The translations under genes and the position numbers were made by a program. Under the pieces are notes generated by a model. That model had not been told where the DNA came from. It ran no database searches and saw nothing but the letters and a program-made list of their open reading frames with translations. From NCBI GenBank assembly GCA_963718585.1, contig OY970357.1:150001-182000 (forward strand): a stretch of DNA of 32,000 nt. The letters are read 5' to 3'. This stretch comes from Candidatus Saccharimonadota bacterium (lineage in GTDB: Bacteria > Patescibacteriota > Patescibacteriia > 2-12-FULL-60-25). Of this stretch, positions 17,251-23,509 are shown piece by piece (positions within the stretch are counted from its first letter, which is position 1; every line of letters starts with the position of its first letter).

Positions 17251-17279
17251 TGGATTTCCTGTCAATCCTGCGCTAATCT
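17251..17279 (+). promoter_or_regulatory. Candidate promoter TGGATT-N17-TAATCT, 6 nt before the scpA GTG start
   Basis: The hexamers were read directly. The -35 is weak. Confidence 0.3.
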
Positions 17280-17285
17280 GGTGCG

Positions 17286-18029
17286 GTGCCAGTCCAGTTC
17301 AAGATCGAGCGTTTCGAAGGCCCATTGGACCTCCTGCTCCAGCTCGTGGAGCGGGAGGAGCTTGATATATCGCAGGTCGCGCTTGCACAGGTCGCGGATC
17401 AGTTCATTCGGTACGTCAATGAACACCCCGGCATCGAACTGATGGAGCTGGCTGACTTTCTCGTCGTCGCGGCCAAACTCGTCTACCTCAAGTCAAAGCT
17501 CCTCCTTCCATCTTTGACCGATGAGGAGATGGAAGACGGTCCGGATCTCGAGACCCAGCTTCGTCTGTATCGCGCGTTCGTCCGCGCCTCTCGCGACATC
17601 GATACATTATGGGGATCCAATGTGCGTTCGTTCCCGCGCGTCCGTCGTCCGGTGAAGAAGACGGAGATCGCCTTCGCACCGCCACCAGGCGTGACCGCAT
17701 TGACACTCGAAGAGCTGATGGGCCGGGTGATCGCCCGGCTGACGCCGATCGTCCGTCTCCCCACAGCCTCTGTCGAACGGGTCGTGACGATCCAAGAGAA
17801 GATCCGGCAGTTGTTCGACCGGATCCGATCGGTCGCCAAGACGACGTTTTCCGCCTTTGTCGGGAAGCAAGCGACGCGGCCGGAGACCGTCGCAAGTTTC
17901 CTCGCACTTCTTGAGCTCACGAAACAGCGATTCATCCGCGTCTCGCAGAATGAGCTCTTCCGTGATATCCATATCGAGGCGCATCCGGAAGCACCGGAGG
18001 CCGATCCGCTCGCTGAATCATTTGTATGA
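17286..18029 (+). CDS. scpA: Segregation and condensation protein A
   Basis: FEGPLDLLLQLVEREELDISQVALAQVADQF is the ScpA N-terminal signature. It has a GTG start and overlaps scpB by 4 nt. Confidence 0.88.
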   Translation: MPVQFKIERFEGPLDLLLQLVEREELDISQVALAQVADQFIRYVNEHPGIELMELADFLVVAAKLVYLKSKLLLPSLTDEEMEDGPDLETQLRLYRAFVRASRDIDTLWGSNVRSFPRVRRPVKKTEIAFAPPPGVTALTLEELMGRVIARLTPIVRLPTASVERVVTIQEKIRQLFDRIRSVAKTTFSAFVGKQATRPETVASFLALLELTKQRFIRVSQNELFRDIHIEAHPEAPEADPLAESFV

Positions 18030-18628
18030 AACTCGATCAGACCATTGAAGCCGTCCTTTTCGCGGCCGCACGGCCGTTTACGGTCAAGAAATTGGCGACC
18101 CTGCTTGAGGTGCCGACCAAAGAGGCGGAAGAAGCGCTCACCGTCCTCGCTGAGCGCCTTGTCGCATCCGGAAGCGGGGTCATGCTGCAGAGGAACGCCG
18201 GCGAAGCAGAGATCGTGACGCGTCCGGAAGCGGCAGACGCGGTGAAGACCGTTGTCACCGAAGAGGCGAAGGGTGAACTCACGCGCGCCGCGCTCGAAGC
18301 GCTCACCATCCTGGCATACCGGGGTCCCATGACGCGTCCGGAGCTCGAACAGATCCGTGGGATCAACTCCGCGATCATTTTGCGGAATCTCATGATGCGC
18401 GGATTGGTGGAATCGAAGGAGGGAGGACCGCTCGGTCAACCGACCTATGCGGTCACCTTTGAATTTTTGAATCATCTTGGTCTTTCCGGCGTATCGGAGT
18501 TGCCCGAGTACGATGCACTACACGGCCACGAGACGATCGCGCAGGTCCTTTCGGATCTGGATGAGGCAAAGCCGTCCGAAGAAGAGAAACCATCGGTCGA
18601 GGGCGAAGAGACGACGTTGTCGGTCTGA
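18026..18628 (+). CDS. scpB: Segregation and condensation protein B
   Basis: IEAVLFAAARPFTVKKLA...LTRAALEALTILAYRGPMTRPELEQIRG matches the ScpB winged-helix repeats. Confidence 0.88.
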   Translation: MKLDQTIEAVLFAAARPFTVKKLATLLEVPTKEAEEALTVLAERLVASGSGVMLQRNAGEAEIVTRPEAADAVKTVVTEEAKGELTRAALEALTILAYRGPMTRPELEQIRGINSAIILRNLMMRGLVESKEGGPLGQPTYAVTFEFLNHLGLSGVSELPEYDALHGHETIAQVLSDLDEAKPSEEEKPSVEGEETTLSV

Positions 18629-18632
18629 ACGT

Positions 18633-19538
18633 ATGATCGGAGCGTTGTTCGGACTCGCTACGTCCCTCATCATCAGCGAACCATCGCACGCGCGACAGAT
18701 CGCACAGACCGTTCTCGCGCCGTTGCCGCAGGCGGGGGATGTGGTCCGACCGCAGCCGCCGGTGAAGAAAGATCCGAATGACGTCGGTGTGAGGACGACG
18801 TCGGCATCGGCGTTCGTCGCGGATATCGCGACGGGCAAGGTGTTGTACGCCAAGGATCCGCATCACGTACAGCCGATCGCGAGTTTGACCAAGCTTATGA
18901 CCGCGATGGTGTTTTTAGATCAGAAGATCGATCTCCAGTCCAAGATGGTCTTTGCGGAACAGGATTTTGATGGCGCGGATCGGCCGGTCTTTCATCCGGG
19001 CGATGCGATCACGTATGAGCAGGCGCTCCGGGCAATGCTGATCGGATCCGTGAACGAGGCCGCAGATGCGATCGCACGGACATCGATGGGTCAACAAAAA
19101 TTCGTTCAGGCCATGAATGACAAAGCACATGCGCTGGGTCTCTCCTCTCCACATTTCGCAGATCCGTCAGGCGTGGATCCCCGCAATCAGGCGGATGCTG
19201 CGGATGTCGCAGCCATGCTCTCGGATGCGGTCGGGTATCCGGAGATCCGGGAGATCGCGCATCTTTCAAGTGTGGATATCAAGACGTCGAGCGACGATCT
19301 GCATATCACGTCGACGAATCTGCTTTTACCGACGTACTTGAACAAGAAGCCGTTTACGATCATCGCAGCAAAGACCGGATCCTTGCCCGAGGCCGGATAC
19401 TGCATGGCGCAGGTGACGCAGAATGGAGACGGACATGAGATCATCGCCGTGGAGCTGGGGAGCGATAACCACTTTTCTCGGTATCAGGACATTAAGGCAT
19501 TGACCACGTGGGCATTTGACGCCTATCAATGGAAATAG
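18633..19538 (+). CDS. D-alanyl-D-alanine carboxypeptidase (peptidase S11, PBP5/6-like)
   Basis: SLTK (SxxK), SVN (SxN) and KTGS (KTG) occur in the correct order after an N-terminal hydrophobic signal (MIGALFGLATSLII). The start was taken as the ATG at 18633. Confidence 0.85.
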   Translation: MIGALFGLATSLIISEPSHARQIAQTVLAPLPQAGDVVRPQPPVKKDPNDVGVRTTSASAFVADIATGKVLYAKDPHHVQPIASLTKLMTAMVFLDQKIDLQSKMVFAEQDFDGADRPVFHPGDAITYEQALRAMLIGSVNEAADAIARTSMGQQKFVQAMNDKAHALGLSSPHFADPSGVDPRNQADAADVAAMLSDAVGYPEIREIAHLSSVDIKTSSDDLHITSTNLLLPTYLNKKPFTIIAAKTGSLPEAGYCMAQVTQNGDGHEIIAVELGSDNHFSRYQDIKALTTWAFDAYQWK

Positions 19539-19675
19539 CTTACGTGTTCATATCCGCGACCTGCTCGGGCTTCGCTGCGAAATGCGCTCAACGTACGCGA
19601 CAGTACATCTCGTGCATTTTCTCGCTCCAGCCTGTCGCACCTCATCGCATATGAATACGCTCAACATTTCTTTCT

Positions 19676-20818
19676 ATGATCATCGGACTTGATCTCCGTT
19701 GCCTCCCGACAGACGGCAGTCCGGGAGCGGGCATTGCGCATGCGGCGCGGGCGATGGCGCGAGCACTTGTCTCCCGTCCGGATCGCAGTGTTCGTTTCGT
19801 CATCTATCTTCCGCATGGAGCTGCATGGGGTGTTGCGTCATCGCATCATGTCGAGGTGGTCCGTCTCCCCAATGCAGGTGGTTCGTCTATCCGCATCGCG
19901 CTCTCACACGTTCCATGTGATGCGCTTATCGTCCTTTCCGGTGCGGTCCCGCCTCGGATCGATGTTCCCGCGATCCCATGGATCCACGATGTCGCGATCT
20001 TCGACCATCCGGAGTGGTTCCCGCAGGGTCCTTTGCGTCGCGCGTTGACGACACATCTTTTCAAGCAGGGGATCCATCAGGCGCCGGCATTGTTGACCGT
20101 GTCGCAGGCGACCAAGGATGACGTCATCCGCTTGTTCAATGTGGGATCTTCGCGGATCCACGTCACGCATGAGGGAGGGGATACGGTCCTTGCAGAGCTA
20201 CAAGGCACCGCCCTCCGAGCCGCAAAACGACAGGCACGGATACGCGTCGCGGAACGCGGCGTGAGCCAGCCGTATGTTCTCGTGCTCGGTACCGTCGAAC
20301 CGCGCAAGAACATACCGTTCCTCATCTCCGCATGGTCCCATGCGATGCGGATATCCGATCGTCCAGCGGACTTGGTGATCGCTGGCCGGGACGGTTGGAA
20401 GCTCGGTCCGGCGCGTCGCGCCATGCGTCATGCGGCGTATCCGGAAGAAGGAGGGCCGCGTTTGCATCGGATCGAAGCCGTGACAGATGAGGATCGTCGG
20501 GACTTGCTCCTCGGGGCCTCTGTGGTCACGATCCCGTCCTTGACCGAAGGGTTCGGATTGGTCGCGCTCGAAGCCATGCAGGCGGAGACCGCGGTCATCG
20601 CCTCCGACGTCGGCGCGCATCCAGAAGTGGTCGGTGATGCCGGACTTCTCTTATCTCCCGTGGCCGCTGAAGCCTGGACAGGTGCGCTCCATGGACTCCT
20701 TGTTGACGATCGAACACGGCAGCATATGGCCGAACAAGGGAAGGCGCGGAGCCAGGGAATGACCTGGGAGCGCGCGGCGATGACTGCGATGGAGACCTTG
20801 ACGGGATCGCAAAGCTAG
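19676..20818 (+). CDS. Glycosyltransferase family 4 (GT-B, retaining type)
   Basis: The C-terminal motif PSLTEGFGLVALEAMQAETAVIASDVGAHPEVVGDAG is typical of the GT4/Glycos_transf_1 family. Confidence 0.8.
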   Translation: MIIGLDLRCLPTDGSPGAGIAHAARAMARALVSRPDRSVRFVIYLPHGAAWGVASSHHVEVVRLPNAGGSSIRIALSHVPCDALIVLSGAVPPRIDVPAIPWIHDVAIFDHPEWFPQGPLRRALTTHLFKQGIHQAPALLTVSQATKDDVIRLFNVGSSRIHVTHEGGDTVLAELQGTALRAAKRQARIRVAERGVSQPYVLVLGTVEPRKNIPFLISAWSHAMRISDRPADLVIAGRDGWKLGPARRAMRHAAYPEEGGPRLHRIEAVTDEDRRDLLLGASVVTIPSLTEGFGLVALEAMQAETAVIASDVGAHPEVVGDAGLLLSPVAAEAWTGALHGLLVDDRTRQHMAEQGKARSQGMTWERAAMTAMETLTGSQS

Positions 20819-20826
20819 GATATCCT
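20798..20826 (+). promoter_or_regulatory. Candidate promoter TTGACG-N17-TATCCT for tRNA-fMet
   Basis: The hexamers and 17-nt spacer were read directly. The -10 ends 22 nt before the tRNA 5' end. It overlaps the end of the GT4 gene. Confidence 0.5.
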
Positions 20827-20848
20827 GCGGCAACAATGACAAAGCCGT

Positions 20849-20924
20849 CGCGGGGTAGAGCAGATGGCAGCTCGCCAGGCCCATAACCTGGAGGTCGTGG
20901 GTTCAAGTCCCACCCCCGCAACCA
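20849..20924 (+). tRNA. Initiator tRNA-fMet (anticodon CAT), CCA encoded
   Basis: It folds by hand as a 76-nt cloverleaf. The acceptor CGCGGGG/CCCCGCA gives a C1xA72 mismatch. It also has an A11:U24 pair and the T-arm GTGGG-TTCAAGT-CCCAC. The ends are identical to the E. coli tRNAfMet acceptor. Confidence 0.93.
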
Positions 20925-20957
20925 AAACAATGCACCCGGAAACGGGTGTTTTGTTTT
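20925..20957 (+). terminator. Rho-independent terminator directly after tRNA-fMet
   Basis: CACCCG-gaaa-CGGGTG followed by TTTTGTTTT. The flanking AAAACAA/TTGTTTT can extend the stem. Confidence 0.75.
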
Positions 20958-21116
20958 GGTTCGTGAGACCGTTGGGACTTGAACTTGAAGGGGCTTGGGG
21001 AAACAAGCCATGCATGTTTCCCCACCGTATCCGGGGAGGGTCCATGGGAGGGTGGAAACCCTCTCATGGGAGTCTGGCGGAACCGGACGACGTGAAAATC
21101 ACACCCCCCGCAACCA
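20958..21116 (+). other. tRNA-fMet-linked structured module 1, ending in a copy of the tRNA 3' end (candidate sRNA or att-type scar)
   Basis: It contains GTGAGACCGT (20963-20972), a pseudoknot-capable hairpin (20992-21023), GGAGGGTC (21035-21042) and an 11-bp hairpin (21042-21069). It ends in CACACCCCCCGCAACCA (21100-21116). Confidence 0.4.
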
Positions 21117-21148
21117 GATCAAGAATCCCCGAAAGGGGATTCTTGATC
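21117..21148 (+). other. Perfect 14-bp stem-loop (GATCAAGAATCCCC-gaaa-GGGGATTCTTGATC) immediately after the tRNA-3'-end copy
   Basis: Read directly. It has a GNRA-type loop and only TT follows, so it is an atypical terminator. Confidence 0.5.
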
Positions 21149-21183
21149 TTCAGGGCTGGAGCAAAGGGCTTTGTATGGAGGTC

Positions 21184-21212
21184 TTGCCTGATGGTTCATG
21201 ATAGGCTATATT
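21184..21212 (+). promoter_or_regulatory. Candidate promoter TTGCCT-N17-TATATT for the second CAT tRNA
   Basis: The hexamers and 17-nt spacer were read directly. It lies about 68 nt upstream of the tRNA 5' end. Confidence 0.55.
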
Positions 21213-21280
21213 CTCGCCACGTTTTGTGCGGACATTCCTGATCCCTTCCGAGGTCCGTCGCCGTCGTATCTTGTACGCAG

Positions 21281-21357
21281 GTCGGGGTAGCTCAGTTGGT
21301 TAGAGCGCGGGACTCATAAGCCCGAGGTCGCCGGTTCGATCCCGGCCCCCGATACCA
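21281..21357 (+). tRNA. tRNA with anticodon CAT, elongator type (tRNA-Met, or tRNA-Ile2 if C34 is lysidinylated), CCA encoded
   Basis: It is a 77-nt cloverleaf with acceptor GTCGGGG/CCCCGAT (G1:U72), D-arm GCTC-AGTTGGTTA-GAGC, anticodon loop CTCATAA and T-arm GCCGG-TTCGATC-CCGGC. There is an A31/G39 mismatch at the loop-proximal pair. Confidence 0.9.
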
Positions 21358-21360
21358 GAT

Positions 21361-21394
21361 AAAACGACCTGAGACATCTCGGGTCGTTTTGTTT
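21361..21394 (+). terminator. Rho-independent terminator directly after the CAT tRNA
   Basis: A 13-bp stem AAAACGACCTGAG-acat-CTCGGGTCGTTTT followed by GTTTG. Confidence 0.8.
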
Positions 21395-21524
21395 GTTGCT
21401 GACTGGGATCGAATGTAGGGAAGGGTGAGACCGTGAGGTTTCACATGCCGAGGAGGGTCTGCGGGAACCCGAAGGTTCCCGCAAAGGAGCGGAGCGACGC
21501 GTGAGATCCCGGCCCCCGATATCA
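21395..21524 (+). other. tRNA-linked structured module 2, ending in a copy of the tRNA 3' end (candidate sRNA or att-type scar)
   Basis: It contains GTGAGACCGTGAGG (21425-21438), GGAGGGTC (21452-21459) and a 10-bp hairpin (21460-21483). It ends in GATCCCGGCCCCCGATATCA (21505-21524), which matches tRNA positions 21338-21357 at 19 of 20 nt. Confidence 0.4.
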
Positions 21525-21527
21525 GAC

Positions 21528-21554
21528 AAAAAAAGACCCCTTAGGGGTCTTTTT
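21528..21554. terminator. Bidirectional terminator (A7-AGACCCC-tta-GGGGTCT-T5) serving module 2 (+) and tRNA-Leu (-)
   Basis: Read directly. It lies 3 nt from the tRNA-Leu 3' end. Confidence 0.8.
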
Positions 21555-21557
21555 ATA

Positions 21558-21644
21558 TGGTGGGCGAGGAGGGAATCGAACCCTCATGACCTTGCGATCG
21601 CAGGATTTTGAGTCCTGTGCGTCTACCAATTCCGCCACTCGCCC
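21558..21644 (-). tRNA. tRNA-Leu (anticodon CAA), long variable arm, CCA encoded
   Basis: The reverse complement folds with acceptor GGGCGAG/CTCGCCC, anticodon stem-loop CAGGA-CTCAAAA-TCCTG, a variable arm, and T-arm GAGGG-TTCGATT-CCCTC. It is 87 nt. Confidence 0.93.
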
Positions 21645-21669
21645 TGAGCGCGGTACAGAGTCGTGCGGG

Positions 21670-21698
21670 AATATAGCGAAAAACACGTTATACGTCAA
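21670..21698 (-). promoter_or_regulatory. Promoter TTGACG-N17-TATATT for tRNA-Leu (minus strand)
   Basis: The near-consensus hexamers with a 17-nt spacer were read on the reverse complement. The -10 ends about 25 nt before the tRNA 5' end. Confidence 0.6.
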
Positions 21699-21719
21699 TC
21701 TAAAACCCGACCTCAGCCC

Positions 21720-21749
21720 TTGCCCGTTCAGGGTCTCTGACGGTACACT
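21720..21749 (+). promoter_or_regulatory. Candidate promoter TTGCCC-N18-TACACT for parA-parB
   Basis: The hexamers were read directly. The -10 ends 19 nt before the parA ATG, and a GAGGA tract lies between them. Confidence 0.4.
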
Positions 21750-21768
21750 GACACTCACAGCGAGGACT

Positions 21769-22548
21769 ATGGGACGTATCATTTCCGTCGTAAATCAAAA
21801 GGGGGGCGTCGGCAAGACGACGACGGCCGTCAATCTTGGCGCCTATCTCGCGGAAGCCGGGAAATTCGTATTGGTCGTTGACTTGGATCCGCAGGCGAAC
21901 GCGACGTCCGGTCTGGGGATCGACCATCGGAACCTCGAACGTGGGGTGTACGAAGCGATCCTCGGCGAGGTCAACATCCGCAACATCGTTCAACCGACCG
22001 CGCATGAGACCCTTCGCGTCGCGCCTGCGACGACCGGTCTCGCCGGTCTCAACATCGAATTGGTGGAACAGCAACGACGCGAGTTCAAACTCTACGATGC
22101 GCTTCTCGAAGTCCGCAATGACTACGATTACATCTTGATCGATTGTCCGCCCACGCTCGGACTCATCACCCTCAATGGGATCGTGGCCGCAGACGAGATA
22201 TTGATCCCGGTCCAAGCCGAGTACTATGCCCTGGAAGGGCTTGGTCAGTTACTTGAGACCGTCCAACTCGTGAAAGATCGCATCCGTCCGGAGGTCGATG
22301 TCCTCGGCGCGGTCCTTACGATGTACGACAATCGTACGAAACTCTCCGACGATGTCATGCAGGAACTGTATAAGTATTTTCCAAACAGCATCTTCCGTTC
22401 TGTGATCCCGCGAAGCGTTCGCCTCGCAGAGGCACCGTCTTTTGGGCGATCCATCGTCATGTTCGATGCAACATCCAAGGGCGCCAAAGCGTACGAGCGG
22501 TTGGCGCGCGAGATCATTGATACGGAGTATCTCCGCATGGCGGTCTGA
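21769..22548 (+). CDS. parA: Chromosome partitioning ATPase ParA/Soj
   Basis: Evidence is the deviant Walker A NQKGGVGKTTT, DLDPQANAT, and DYILIDCPP. The start is the ATG at 21769, since the track's upstream extension overlaps tRNA-Leu. Confidence 0.9.
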   Translation: MGRIISVVNQKGGVGKTTTAVNLGAYLAEAGKFVLVVDLDPQANATSGLGIDHRNLERGVYEAILGEVNIRNIVQPTAHETLRVAPATTGLAGLNIELVEQQRREFKLYDALLEVRNDYDYILIDCPPTLGLITLNGIVAADEILIPVQAEYYALEGLGQLLETVQLVKDRIRPEVDVLGAVLTMYDNRTKLSDDVMQELYKYFPNSIFRSVIPRSVRLAEAPSFGRSIVMFDATSKGAKAYERLAREIIDTEYLRMAV

Positions 22549-22551
22549 TCT

Positions 22552-23463
22552 ATGGCGATCATGGGAGGACGGCAATCGGGATTGGGACGCGGCCTCGGCG
22601 CGCTCATCCCACCGAAACCGCAGGCGGTTCCTGCGCCGGCGGTACCACCCCCTCCGGGGCATCCGGTCGAGGAAGAGGGCGTTCGACCGAATACGAACCA
22701 GATCCACCAGATCCCGGTCGACACGATCGATCCGAATCCGCATCAGCCACGGACGCATTTTGATCGGACGCAGTTGGAAGACCTGATCGGGTCCATTCAG
22801 GCGCACGGGGTGATGCAACCGATCGTCGTGACGCCGAAAGGGGACGGGCGCTATGAACTCATTGCGGGGGAGCGGCGGTTGCGTGCGAGTAAGATCGCCG
22901 GGCTCGAGACCATCCCTGCGATCGTCCGGACCGCGACCGATCAACAGAAGCTGGAACTTGCACTTATCGAGAACATCCAGCGACAGAATCTTGATCCGAT
23001 CGAGGAGGCACATGCGTATCTGCGTCTGCAGAATGAATTCAACCTGACACAGGACGAGGTCGGCTTACGGGTCGGAAAAAGCCGTCCGCAGGTCGCGAAT
23101 ATCATTCGTCTGCTCCAGCTGCCGCAGGAGATCCAGATCGCCTTGGCAGAAGGGAAGATCTCTCACTCCAACGCGCGGACCCTGCTGTCGCTCCCGACCG
23201 ATGATGAACGTATGGCCATGTTCCAGATGATGCTTGATGGGAATTTCACGGTCCGGCAGACCGAGGCCCGGATCCCGAAGCGTCGGGGCCGCCATGTGCA
23301 TGCAACGGATCCGAATCTCGCGCAGACGGAGGATGACCTTCGACGGGCCCTGGGCACCAAGGTCGCCATCAAGCGGGACGCGCGCGGAGAAGGAGAGGTC
23401 CGGATCACGTTCTTGAACGAAGAAGACCTCCAGAACATCGTGAAACGGATCACGGAGGAGTAG
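22552..23463 (+). CDS. parB: Chromosome partitioning protein ParB/Spo0J
   Basis: GLGRGLGALIP, IDPNPHQPR, QPIVV, the GERR motif (IAGERRLRASKIAG), and ENIQRQNLDPIEEA match ParB. Confidence 0.92.
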   Translation: MAIMGGRQSGLGRGLGALIPPKPQAVPAPAVPPPPGHPVEEEGVRPNTNQIHQIPVDTIDPNPHQPRTHFDRTQLEDLIGSIQAHGVMQPIVVTPKGDGRYELIAGERRLRASKIAGLETIPAIVRTATDQQKLELALIENIQRQNLDPIEEAHAYLRLQNEFNLTQDEVGLRVGKSRPQVANIIRLLQLPQEIQIALAEGKISHSNARTLLSLPTDDERMAMFQMMLDGNFTVRQTEARIPKRRGRHVHATDPNLAQTEDDLRRALGTKVAIKRDARGEGEVRITFLNEEDLQNIVKRITEE

Positions 23464-23484
23464 CTGACAGGTATCGTCAGGGGC

Positions 23485-23509
23485 AGAAGGCGTCCGCCTT
23501 CTTTTTTTT
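23485..23509 (+). terminator. Rho-independent terminator after parB
   Basis: AGAAGGCG-tc-CGCCTTCT followed by T8. The T-run overlaps the rel stop codon on the opposite strand. Confidence 0.75.

Noticed and set aside
18477-18632. Upstream in-frame extensions of track ORFs (18477 for the carboxypeptidase, 8581 for adk, 21586 for parA, 24997 for the coiled-coil gene, 14575, 15391, 10509, 4148, 2350)
   Set aside because: The extensions overlap the preceding gene, tRNA or promoter and encode Arg-rich junk. Conserved N-termini and the tATG context support the downstream starts used in the feature table.
20864-21241. 125-aa and 68-aa plus-strand ORFs (20864-21241, 20995-21201) and minus-strand ORFs across the tRNA island
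   Set aside because: They run through tRNA genes, terminators and hairpins and have no coding-like bias or plausible start context. The region is better explained as non-coding.
20958-21524. Interpreting the tRNA-linked modules as a known RNA (SRP/4.5S, 6S, tmRNA, RNase P) or a group II intron remnant inserted after a terminator
   Set aside because: The hairpins are perfect stems without the SRP domain IV internal loops. There is no tmRNA tag ORF or paired 5' acceptor half. The sizes do not fit 6S or RNase P. The 10-11 bp hairpins lack the bulged AGC-containing domain V of group II introns, and no RT ORF is present.
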